A stretch of 64,000 nucleotides of DNA, taken from positions 1,632,001 to 1,696,000 of the forward strand of contig CATQHZ020000001.1 of assembly GCA_958296135.2 (NCBI GenBank), read 5' to 3'. Below are positions 18,754-27,562 of this stretch, in pieces. The notes below the pieces were generated by a model. That model ran no database searches and had not been told where the DNA came from. It worked only from the letters and a program-made list of their open reading frames with translations. How positions within the stretch are numbered: the stretch's first letter is position 1; each line of letters starts with the position of its first letter. The translations under genes and the position numbers were made by a program. Origin of the DNA: an uncultured Poribacteria bacterium (GTDB taxonomy: Bacteria > Poribacteria > WGA-4E > WGA-3G).

Positions 18754-20268
18754 ATGAGCCTGCAACGTCCCAACATCCTCATTATCACGACGGACCAGCA
18801 GCGCACCGACAGCCTCAGCTGCTACGGTTCAACGTTTACGGATACGCCGCATATTGACAGACTTGCAGCGGAGGGAGTCTGTTTTGAGCGTGCGTATTGT
18901 GCAAATCCGGTGTGCACGCCTGCTCGCGCATCTCTTTTTTCGGGGAGGTTTGTTAGCCGCCACGGCGCGTGGAACGTCGGCATGAACGTTCCTGACGATG
19001 AACCGCTCATTTCGCATCGGCTTGCAGCAGAAGGGTATCGCACGCACTACATCGGCAAAGCGCATTTTCAACCTTTCGGCGCGTCCGCCGCGCAATCTGT
19101 TGAAGTGCTAGGCGATACGACGCGCTACCCCGAATTCCGCGGGCCCTACTATGGATTTGAGACGGTGGAGCTCGCCCTCGGCCACGCCACTTATGGTATC
19201 GCTGGCCATTACGGCGAGTGGGTAAAAGCGCAGGTTTCCGAAGAGGAGTTTGCCACTTATCCCAAAGCAACACGCCTTGCGAAAACCGGCTTCGGCGGAG
19301 AGGCGTATGATTGGGAGATGCCGCTGGCATACCATAATAGCGTCTGGACAGCGGACCGGACGATAGACTTCTTGACTAACCGAGATGCAACGCAGCCGTT
19401 CCTCTTGGCGGTGGGATTTCAGGATCCGCATCATCCGCATTGTGTTCCCACCGATTTTGCCGAGCGCGTTGACCCGGGGCAGGTGCCCCTCCCGGACTTC
19501 GTGGAAGACGAATTAGACGACAAGCCGCCCCATTTTCTGGAAGCGCGCCGCGGGCAGCTTGAAAAATCGGATATCCGTGGCACATTCCCTATCGCAGGAC
19601 AGGGCGGCGGTGCCGATTTTCGCAAAGTCTCCGAAGACGATGCCCGCTTTGGGCGGGCATATTACTACAACATGGTGAAAATCATCGATTCACAGATGGG
19701 GCGCGTTTTGGAATGTCTAGATGCGTGCGGATTGACAGAAAACACGCTGGTGATTTTCACGACAGACCACGGCGAATTGCTCGGAGACCACGGGTTGTGG
19801 ATGAAAGGTCCCTTTCACTACGAACAACTTATCCGCGTGCCGATGCTAATGCGGATGCCTTCAGTGGTGCCAGCCGGACAACAGACGCAGGCGTTATTCA
19901 GCCACGTCGATATTGTGCCGACACTCCTCGCCGCTGTCGGGCTGTCTGTCCCTTCAGAGATTGATGGCGTGAACGCCTTGCCGCTACTCACCGGTAAAAC
20001 GGATGCCGTTCGGGATTCCGTGTTGGTGGAATGCGTGGACGATCCAAGCGGCTTGCGCCTCAAAACTATCGTGACTGACACGCGGAAATTGACGTGGTAT
20101 TGTGGGAAAACCTATGGCGAACTCTACAATCTGGAGCGTGACCCGGGTGAGCGCATCAATCAGTGGGACAACGCCGCCTGCGCGGCCGACAAGGCACATC
20201 TTCTCGGCCGCATTCTTGAGGAAATGGAGCCGTTGGAAAAGCGGGTGGAGCGGCTCTCCTACGCGTAA
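18754..20268 (+). CDS. Formylglycine-dependent sulfatase
   Basis: PNILIITTDQQR, CTPAR (CxPxR), GKAH, DPHHP, DHGELLGDHG..KG. Confidence 0.93.
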   Translation: MSLQRPNILIITTDQQRTDSLSCYGSTFTDTPHIDRLAAEGVCFERAYCANPVCTPARASLFSGRFVSRHGAWNVGMNVPDDEPLISHRLAAEGYRTHYIGKAHFQPFGASAAQSVEVLGDTTRYPEFRGPYYGFETVELALGHATYGIAGHYGEWVKAQVSEEEFATYPKATRLAKTGFGGEAYDWEMPLAYHNSVWTADRTIDFLTNRDATQPFLLAVGFQDPHHPHCVPTDFAERVDPGQVPLPDFVEDELDDKPPHFLEARRGQLEKSDIRGTFPIAGQGGGADFRKVSEDDARFGRAYYYNMVKIIDSQMGRVLECLDACGLTENTLVIFTTDHGELLGDHGLWMKGPFHYEQLIRVPMLMRMPSVVPAGQQTQALFSHVDIVPTLLAAVGLSVPSEIDGVNALPLLTGKTDAVRDSVLVECVDDPSGLRLKTIVTDTRKLTWYCGKTYGELYNLERDPGERINQWDNAACAADKAHLLGRILEEMEPLEKRVERLSYA

Positions 20269-20429
20269 AAGAGAAACGAGCCAAAATCGCGGATGTCTAG
20301 GGGGCAGAAGTTCCAATTCTCTCAGAGTTTCCTGAAGAGAAATCTGTTTAATTCGCGGCGGCAAATCAAGCCGATACAATTCACTCTACGAAATAGTTAA
20401 CCATTTTGTCAACGAAAAAGGATTTTCCG

Positions 20430-21188
20430 ATGCCACAAACTGCAATTTTTCATCCCTACATTTTCGGAGAGGAAGAGCGGAAAACGATGGACCGGGATGG
20501 GCATTTCGTTTTTCCCGGCTTGCTAGTGCCTGAGGCCCAAGAACAATTACAAAAATCGTTGTCGCACATTCAGACGCTAGCACGCAACGCCAAGGCAGGC
20601 CATGAACCGAACCGATTTTCAGCGGAGTATGACAGTTATCTTGAGCGCCTGATTGCGCATCCGCAGCTGCTTGAACTCGCGAGGAAAGTGCTTGGCGACG
20701 AAATTCGCTTCGATCACTGCGTCAGTCTGAATCGTCCTGGCGGCAATCGCGGTATCGGCTGGCACAGCCACGGGTACGCCGAGGATGAACCGCGCTTAGG
20801 TTTCGTCCGAATCTTCTTCTACGTCAACGGATTTGAGGCAGATGATGGCGGGTTGAAGGCGGTTCCCGGGAGCCATCTGTATCGGGATGCCAAGATTCAT
20901 GCTGAGTCGGATGAAGTGCTGCGTGCCGGGTGGATGGCAGGCAAGATGCACCCAGAGACAAGTGAACCTCTGGAAATTGAAGCGTTATCCGCACCGCCGG
21001 GGACGATGGTATTGATGTGGACGCACGCGGCGCACGCTGTCACCCCAAGAAAATCGGGGAGTGAGACGCGGTGGTGCGTCGTCTACGCCTATCGGAACCC
21101 CGGCAGACCCTCGGGTGCCCGATGGATTACCCCCGAATTTGAGCGAAAACCTATCCTCGGTGCAGAAGGGTTGATGTCGCTATACTAA
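20430..21188 (+). CDS. PhyH-family dioxygenase
   Basis: RDGHFVFPG, WHSH, DGGL..VPGSH, HAV..R. Confidence 0.8.
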   Translation: MPQTAIFHPYIFGEEERKTMDRDGHFVFPGLLVPEAQEQLQKSLSHIQTLARNAKAGHEPNRFSAEYDSYLERLIAHPQLLELARKVLGDEIRFDHCVSLNRPGGNRGIGWHSHGYAEDEPRLGFVRIFFYVNGFEADDGGLKAVPGSHLYRDAKIHAESDEVLRAGWMAGKMHPETSEPLEIEALSAPPGTMVLMWTHAAHAVTPRKSGSETRWCVVYAYRNPGRPSGARWITPEFERKPILGAEGLMSLY

Positions 21189-21271
21189 CCGTCGAATGCG
21201 CCCGGTAGGCGCGGTTTCAAACCACGCCTACCCACGCGAGCCTTCCGGAAATGCACGCAATTCCGCACGCG

Positions 21272-22063
21272 CTATCGCATCCGTTTGATGCGCCCCCATG
21301 TGCTCGCCAATTTGCCAACAGCAGAGACATCGGAAGCTTCCTCAAGTCCGTTGTCCATGATGTTCTTGAGCTCGTCGTCAGTGAGTGGCGTGTTAAAAAC
21401 GCCGACATCGTCCAGCACTCCCCTGAAGTCCCAACCCGGATTTTTCCATGTCGCGAGCCAGATTGAACCTTGGTGTGGTGCGGGCGTTGCCGCATGCGGC
21501 TTGTCATCAGCTTTCCCGACTGCTTTATCGGCGACAAATTCGCCATCAACGTAGAGTTGAATCACATCGCCATCGTAAGTGATTGCGACAAAACTCCATG
21601 CATCCTGTTTCCATGCGCCGCCTCGCACATGCGTTGCCGCCTGATCGGCGTTGACTGCGATACTGCCATAAAAATCAGCGGGACCGATTTGTATGGTAGG
21701 GTTATGCCAATCCCGTTCAATCACGCGCGTGTTGACGTTGGGTGGAGCCTCGGTCGGTTTCACCCAGAGGAGGTAAGTGAAGCCGTTAAGATAGTCATCG
21801 GTTGTTTTGCTCGCCGGTATCTCAACGTGCCCTGTGCCATCGAACTCAAGTCCCTTGCCGAGTTTTCCATCCACCCATTTCGCCTTCACGATCTTTCCAT
21901 CGTTTCCGTTTCCGGAAGAGTCTTTGACTTTGTCGCCCTGTCCTTCGTCAAGGAGCCAGATGCCGACGATCGACCCCGGGTCGAGCCTTGCTGCATCGGG
22001 TTCTTCATAAGAGATGGCTATCAGAGTTATGAGACAAAGCATCATCAATATTACACTTTTCAT
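21272..22063 (-). CDS. Secreted LamG-like (concanavalin A-like) domain protein
   Basis: Signal peptide; WLLDEGQG..VKDSSGNGNDG, WVDGK.GKGLEFDG, F.G.LDDV..F; C-terminal VSAVGKLASTWGRIK. Confidence 0.88.
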   Translation of the reverse strand: MKSVILMMLCLITLIAISYEEPDAARLDPGSIVGIWLLDEGQGDKVKDSSGNGNDGKIVKAKWVDGKLGKGLEFDGTGHVEIPASKTTDDYLNGFTYLLWVKPTEAPPNVNTRVIERDWHNPTIQIGPADFYGSIAVNADQAATHVRGGAWKQDAWSFVAITYDGDVIQLYVDGEFVADKAVGKADDKPHAATPAPHQGSIWLATWKNPGWDFRGVLDDVGVFNTPLTDDELKNIMDNGLEEASDVSAVGKLASTWGRIKRMR

Positions 22064-22149
22064 TTCGTATTGTTCTCCTTTCAGTGGCTATGTACCAAAA
22101 CGAGTCAGTTCTCCCCTCTGTAGTTCGGGCTCGCAGCCCTCCGATGTTA

Positions 22150-22250
22150 TACCAAATGAAGTTGATTTGCCTCGCACCTGTAGGTCAAGATCGGTAGCTC
22201 TTGACCCGTTCGGGCTCAGGCGAGCCCGAACGACTCAGGTTAATTTAGTA
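22150..22250. mobile_element. 101-bp MITE with TTA target-site duplication, inserted in a palindrome
   Basis: TTA|TACCAAAT...ATTTAGTA|TTA. An empty-site version of the host palindrome lies at about 29323-29375 on the opposite strand. Confidence 0.8.
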
Positions 22251-22387
22251 TTAGTGACATCGGGAGCCCGAACAGTGGGAATTGCTGCAGGACAGTTGTC
22301 ACCGATTAATGTTAATATCAAAAACGGAAAAACTGAAGCGTTCTGGGCCATTCACGGCTTGACTTGGACTGCATTCCGCTAAACCCG

Positions 22388-22416
22388 ATTTTAGCAAAAT
22401 TCCGGGCACTTGTCAA
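22388..22416 (-). promoter_or_regulatory. Sigma70-type promoter for the LamG gene
   Basis: Minus strand TTGACA-17bp-TAAAAT. Confidence 0.6.
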
Positions 22417-22473
22417 GGAAGATGTGAAAATTCCACAAATGCATTTCAGATTTATGGACGAGGCGGATGCTGT

Positions 22474-22932
22474 TTACAACACATCATCAGTTCTCAACAC
22501 AGAACCAGCCACCCGGATGCCGTTCCGATCTAACAACCTGCGATAACTGCCCCTTTTCAGCATGGGTTCAGTGCCACCACTGGAGACCCAGTGATAAGTG
22601 CTCCGATGTTCCAAATCTTCAAGGTTTTGGGCAGAACGTTTACGCCACTGCTTTAACCAAACGCATTTCGCGATGACGTTTTTCACTTCGCCGGTGCTAC
22701 CGGCCGGGTGAACTTCAACGTAGTAAATCCGACCTTTATAGCCGAGCACGTAGTCCCATCGCGAATCGTTTGGATAGAGTTTTTCGAGACACTTATCTAT
22801 ATTCACGCTGCCTTCCAAAGCGCGCGTTGTGTCCACTTTAATCCTATTCCTGTCTGGCCCCAACGCTTGTAATCCGGGTTTCAGACACGCTGCAATTTCC
22901 GGAGTATCCTGCACCGCGTCAACAAAACTCAT
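22474..22932 (-). CDS. Small ATPase-partner protein, possible PD-(D/E)xK-like nuclease (copy 1)
   Basis: GSVNID, RWDYVLGY, YYVEVHP; ATGA-coupled to the upstream ATPase; paralogous to 24184-24663. Confidence 0.7.
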   Translation of the reverse strand: MSFVDAVQDTPEIAACLKPGLQALGPDRNRIKVDTTRALEGSVNIDKCLEKLYPNDSRWDYVLGYKGRIYYVEVHPAGSTGEVKNVIAKCVWLKQWRKRSAQNLEDLEHRSTYHWVSSGGTEPMLKRGSYRRLLDRNGIRVAGSVLRTDDVL

Positions 22933-24083
22933 AGGTTATCCTCCCATATTGCTGCGGTGAGAATCTCAGACACCTTCGTACTGAATAGGGTAAGTCCTCC
23001 CCAGTCTGACACATCTTCGTCCGGATGTCCGGGATGGAGGGTTGAAATGTCTTTGACATTCACGACACTTTTCCGCCGAGAGAAATAGTAGGTGCTGAAC
23101 GTCTTTTCAAGCCCGGTTTTTGCAAGATCTTTGGCAAAGGCAGTGGGTTTCAAATCCAACACCTTCAATAACCGTTTCATTGGCGCGGATCTTTCTTCAG
23201 CGATAATCCGTATCGCCCAGATCAGCTCCAGTATTTGCGGCGAATGCGTGGAGACGATGACACGGTAGCCGCGCTCCAAGAGCTCCAAGAAAATAAGCAG
23301 CAAGGCTGAGATGGCTTTCGGATGCAACCCCAGTTCCGGTTCTTCAATGACAACCCAATCAAGACCGGCTTTCTTCTTCGCGCTGCCTGAGGGCATTAAC
23401 CAATAAAGTCCCAGCAGTAGCGGCGTGAATTCCCGCTGGCCGGCAGACCAGGCCATAAACGGCAATCGGTTGCCCGCGACATCCAAGACAATGCGCCGAC
23501 GCGGCCCGGATTTATCCAAATTGACTTGAGCCGATCCAAAGATGCTTTCTCCAATTGCATCCCGGATCGCTTTGTTCATGCGGCCCTCCTGCGGAAAGAG
23601 GGCACCTTCTCCTGAGCCCAATCCGGCTCCCATCAATCGCCGCAATTGCTCACTGAATTGCCTCACGACATACGGATCACCGATAGCATAATCCATAAAC
23701 GCGCGTGGCCATCCATCTCTGAGTGTGACAACCCGTTGCGCGGGAATTAGGAAGAGCGATTCCGCTTTTTTCCTGCCTTTTCTGGATAACGCCTTATCCA
23801 GCGCGAAATCTCTGCAGTCAACGGTTATTTTTGTCGCATCAGACCAGATGCCTTCCATCCCCTCACCGAAATAGAGGTATAAAAACGCCTCGGGGTTTTC
23901 GTGCCAATCAAACCCGTGTGTTTTGAGGGTGCAGGTAATGTTGTCTGCGTCTAAAATTAACTTGATAAGTTGGAGCAGTATGCTTTTCCCACTGGCTTGT
24001 TCGCCGACAAACACCGTCATGTCCCCGAAGGTGATATCGGCTTCGGAAATTTGCCCCAGTGAAGTTAGGACAATGCGATTCAT
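22929..24083 (-). CDS. ABC-type ATPase, AAA_15/AAA_21 (AbiEii/OLD-like) (copy 1)
   Basis: Walker A GEQASGKS, IPAQR, signature SAGQR, Walker B VIEEPE.GLHP, STHS. GGAGGTGA RBS; TTGTCA-17-TAAAAT at 24149-24121. Confidence 0.88.
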   Translation of the reverse strand: MNRIVLTSLGQISEADITFGDMTVFVGEQASGKSILLQLIKLILDADNITCTLKTHGFDWHENPEAFLYLYFGEGMEGIWSDATKITVDCRDFALDKALSRKGRKKAESLFLIPAQRVVTLRDGWPRAFMDYAIGDPYVVRQFSEQLRRLMGAGLGSGEGALFPQEGRMNKAIRDAIGESIFGSAQVNLDKSGPRRRIVLDVAGNRLPFMAWSAGQREFTPLLLGLYWLMPSGSAKKKAGLDWVVIEEPELGLHPKAISALLLIFLELLERGYRVIVSTHSPQILELIWAIRIIAEERSAPMKRLLKVLDLKPTAFAKDLAKTGLEKTFSTYYFSRRKSVVNVKDISTLHPGHPDEDVSDWGGLTLFSTKVSEILTAAIWEDNL

Positions 24084-24183
24084 AAGTTGCCTCACCTCCA
24101 TCGGATTCTTTTGATACCCTATTTTACCAAAATCTCGGTGTGATGACAAGGGAAATGTTAAAATTCCCCGATGCCATGCAGAT

Positions 24184-24663
24184 TCATAGGTGTCGAGGAC
24201 TGTGCTTAGACACATCGTCAGTGTTTAGCACAGCATCAGGCCCTACGATGCGATTTTTCAACAACAAGTTGCGATACTTCCGGTCTTTCGCGAAGGCTGT
24301 CGCAATTTTACCCGTGGAAACCCAATGATAACTACTCCGACGCTCCAAATCTTCAAGCGGCTTTGAGGAGCGTTTACGCCACTGCTTTAACCACGCTAAT
24401 TTCGCGAGAATGCTCCCTATCTCACTCGTACGTCCTTGGTGAACTTCAACATAGAAGACCCGGGTTTTGTAGCCGAACACGTAATCCCAGCGCGGCGCGT
24501 CTGGGTACTCCTTCGCGAGGCAGGTGTCAATGTCAACACTTCCAGACAACTCGCGCGTTGAGTCCACTTTGACTTTATTACGATTTGAACCCAACCCCTG
24601 TAATCCCGATTTGAGACACTCGGCAATTTCAGGGGTGTTCCGAACCGCTTCAGCAAAATTCAC
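24184..24663 (-). CDS. Small ATPase-partner protein, possible PD-(D/E)xK-like nuclease (copy 2)
   Basis: GTG start overlaps the ATPase stop (GTGA); GSVDID, RWDYVFGY, FYVEVHQ. Confidence 0.7.
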   Translation of the reverse strand: MNFAEAVRNTPEIAECLKSGLQGLGSNRNKVKVDSTRELSGSVDIDTCLAKEYPDAPRWDYVFGYKTRVFYVEVHQGRTSEIGSILAKLAWLKQWRKRSSKPLEDLERRSSYHWVSTGKIATAFAKDRKYRNLLLKNRIVGPDAVLNTDDVSKHSPRHL

Positions 24664-25811
24664 AAATCTCCCTCCCATATCGCCGCAGTGAGGATATCCG
24701 CCACCTGCGTGCTGAAGAGTGTCAACCCACCCCAATCGGATACAGCATCATCCGCATCCTCCGGATCGAGGGTTGAAATATCCTTGACAGGCACAATCTC
24801 GTCTGCAGGAGAGAAGTAGTAGGTTTTGAAACTCTTCTCAAACACTGTCTCCGCCAACTTCTTGGAGCCGGGCTCGGGTTTTAACCCCAACAATTCCAAC
24901 AGCCATTTTGGGCCGGCATTTCCTTCGGCAAGGAATTGGATTGCCCATATCAGTTCCACGATTTGTGAGGCATGCGTAGAGACTACAACTCGGTAGCCGT
25001 GCTTCAAGAGTTCCAAAAGAACCAGGAGCAGTGCCGAAACGGCTTTCGGATGCAACCCCGCTTCCGGCTCTTCAATCACAACCCAATTGCCCTGATTTTT
25101 GTTCGCCGCGCCTCTCACAGGCATTAAGGAGTAAAGCCCCATCAACAACGGCGTAAACTCGCGCTGCCCCGAAGACCAGGCCATAAACGGCAACTGGTTG
25201 CCTGCAACATCTAAAACAATGCGTTTCCGTAATCCAGACCGGTCCAACTTGACTTCGGCAGTACCGAAGACACTCTTTCCAACTGCTTCCCGGATGATTT
25301 TATTCAGCCGATGCGTATATGGAAAGATAACTCCTTCAGTTGTGCCTAAACCGCTATCCAGTAAGCATCGCAATTGCTCACTAAATCGCTTCACGGCGTA
25401 AGGCGCACCACTTGCATAATCTGTGAAGCAACGCGGCCACCCATCTTTGAGCGTCATAACTCGTTGTGCGGGAATCAGGCAGACTGACTCCGCTTTCTTC
25501 CTGCCTTTTCTCGCTAAAACCTTCTCCAGCACAAACGCCTCACCATCAACAATTAGTTGAGTCTCGCCAGACCAGATGCCTTCCATCCCCTCACCGAAAT
25601 AGAGGTATAAAAACGCCTCGGGGTTTTCGTGCCAATCAAACCCGTGTGTTTTGAGGGTGCAGGTAATGTTGTCTGCGTCTAAAATTAACTTGATAAGTTG
25701 GAGCAGTATGCTTTTCCCACTGGCTTGTTCGCCGACAAACACCGTCATGTCCCCGAAGGTGATATCGGCTTCCGGAATTTGTCCTAGTGAAGTTAGGCGA
25801 ATTCGTTCCAT
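24660..25811 (-). CDS. ABC-type ATPase, AAA_15/AAA_21 (copy 2)
   Basis: Same motifs as copy 1 (SSGQR, VIEEPE, STHA); promoter TTGACA-17-TAGAAT at 25866-25838. Confidence 0.88.
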   Translation of the reverse strand: MERIRLTSLGQIPEADITFGDMTVFVGEQASGKSILLQLIKLILDADNITCTLKTHGFDWHENPEAFLYLYFGEGMEGIWSGETQLIVDGEAFVLEKVLARKGRKKAESVCLIPAQRVMTLKDGWPRCFTDYASGAPYAVKRFSEQLRCLLDSGLGTTEGVIFPYTHRLNKIIREAVGKSVFGTAEVKLDRSGLRKRIVLDVAGNQLPFMAWSSGQREFTPLLMGLYSLMPVRGAANKNQGNWVVIEEPEAGLHPKAVSALLLVLLELLKHGYRVVVSTHASQIVELIWAIQFLAEGNAGPKWLLELLGLKPEPGSKKLAETVFEKSFKTYYFSPADEIVPVKDISTLDPEDADDAVSDWGGLTLFSTQVADILTAAIWEGDL

Positions 25812-25880
25812 CAGCTGTCCCTCCTGTCTTGATACCTATTCTATCACAAATTCGGGCGTGTGTCAAGGGTCAGACAGTCT

Positions 25881-27506
25881 CTACTCCCCTTCCCGATACT
25901 TCAATTCCGGCCAAATTGAACGCATTTGCCACACATCCAGTGACAAGACTTTCGCTTCCCCGCCGATGGCGAAGAGCGAAATACCCCGACTTTCTTCCCG
26001 TAGCGGATAGACGCGCGCAACGGCGCATTGCTGTGAGAACAGCGGAAAAATCTTGTCAACGCCTTTCCGCGGAAACGCCCATGCCGGCAAACACTCTCCG
26101 TTATCTGCGAAGACTTCAATGAGACTCCTATCAATGAAAACGCGCAGCCGCACCCTACCGTCACTGCTTAGTCGAAACGGCGCGTTTTCGGGTGGCTTAC
26201 CCGCAAGATCGGTGCGCAAGGAAGAATAGGAGGTATCGATCTGCAGACTATCGTTGGTTTTTCCATGCCCGTGGTTGTAAACGGAGATCTTCGTCCGCTC
26301 AGAGCCGCAAGGTGAGCGCAGCACCTGCAAGCCAATCTCTCGCGCCGTGCCTATGTCCAGCGTCACTTCTATCTCAATCGCTTTGCCGCCGATGCCATTA
26401 TCCAAAAGATGTTCTTCGTTAGCGGCCAACGCGATATCTTCCAGGCGACGGTGGTGATAGCGTAACGCCTTTACTTCCTCGACCGGCTCCATCGCTAACA
26501 TATTGTCGCCTCGCAAGGAGAGGTGCCATGGCAACGTCATGCACAATCCCGATGTAGCCTCTGCACCGCGTCTTCCATCGGAGCAGTTTAAAATGGCGAG
26601 GAGGCGGCCGCTCGCGTCTATCGTCGCAGAGGGACACGAGACAATCCCGCCGCCAAAGTGCCCATGGTTAATTCGCCCGTGGTATTCCGGCGTGAACGTG
26701 TGCGTCTCCGTGTCATATTCGCCGATGTAATAGCGCGCGGCGCGTTTATGACTGAAGAGGAGCAAGATGTGCTTGCCGTGCCCAATAGGCAGGAAATTTG
26801 GCACCGCGCCATCTTCGCCGAGCTCGCAGAATACATCGTCAATCAGCAACGGATGTAGATACTCCCAGTGCGTCAAATCTTTGGAATAGAACAGATGCGA
26901 GGCAGAACGCCGACGCTCGCGGATATAGCCGCCGATAGAAGTGCCCGAAATCGAATAATACCCATCCGCCTCTTTCCAAATACACGGGTCGAAGACGTTG
27001 TAGGGACGCTCATATTCATCGGTTTCAACATTCGGGATGACCGGATTATTCGGATGCTTTTTCCAATTTAAGAGGAGCGGGTCTGTGGCAGTAGCAATGC
27101 TATTCCCCGACATCTTGCCGTGATACATTACGACGACTCGCTCATCTTCCACGAGTGCCTGCCCACTGAAGCAGTGCAGTTCGGTATCCGGATAGAGCGC
27201 GGGCGGCAGATCTCGCCAATGCACCAGGTCATCGCTATAGCAGTGGCCCCAGTGGACCCGGTTGCCATCCGGCGGCCCGAATTGGTAAAACAGATGATAC
27301 CTGCCTTGCCACTGGCACAGCCCATTCGCATCGCCCATGCCGTAGAGGGAGGATATATGGTAGATGGGCCGATACGGTTCTTCTGCCCATTGTTCCCGCA
27401 GTTGCGTATAATAGCGCGCTGTCTCATCCGTTTCCAGCGCGGCGAGTTGTTCGGGCTCTGTATCCGGATAGGTTTTGCCTGCTAATTTTTCCCAGTTATC
27501 GGCCAT
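25881..27506 (-). CDS. Glycoside hydrolase family 32-like protein (atypical catalytic motifs)
   Basis: RPIYH, GDANG, HLFYQ, HWGH..S.DLVHW, CFSG, FDP, C-terminal LRVFIDRSLIEVF. Confidence 0.85.
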   Translation of the reverse strand: MADNWEKLAGKTYPDTEPEQLAALETDETARYYTQLREQWAEEPYRPIYHISSLYGMGDANGLCQWQGRYHLFYQFGPPDGNRVHWGHCYSDDLVHWRDLPPALYPDTELHCFSGQALVEDERVVVMYHGKMSGNSIATATDPLLLNWKKHPNNPVIPNVETDEYERPYNVFDPCIWKEADGYYSISGTSIGGYIRERRRSASHLFYSKDLTHWEYLHPLLIDDVFCELGEDGAVPNFLPIGHGKHILLLFSHKRAARYYIGEYDTETHTFTPEYHGRINHGHFGGGIVSCPSATIDASGRLLAILNCSDGRRGAEATSGLCMTLPWHLSLRGDNMLAMEPVEEVKALRYHHRRLEDIALAANEEHLLDNGIGGKAIEIEVTLDIGTAREIGLQVLRSPCGSERTKISVYNHGHGKTNDSLQIDTSYSSLRTDLAGKPPENAPFRLSSDGRVRLRVFIDRSLIEVFADNGECLPAWAFPRKGVDKIFPLFSQQCAVARVYPLREESRGISLFAIGGEAKVLSLDVWQMRSIWPELKYREGE

Positions 27507-27562
27507 ATCAAGTCCTCCAGAGCCGGTAGGCGCGCTTTCAAAGCGCGCCGAAGCGAAGCAAA

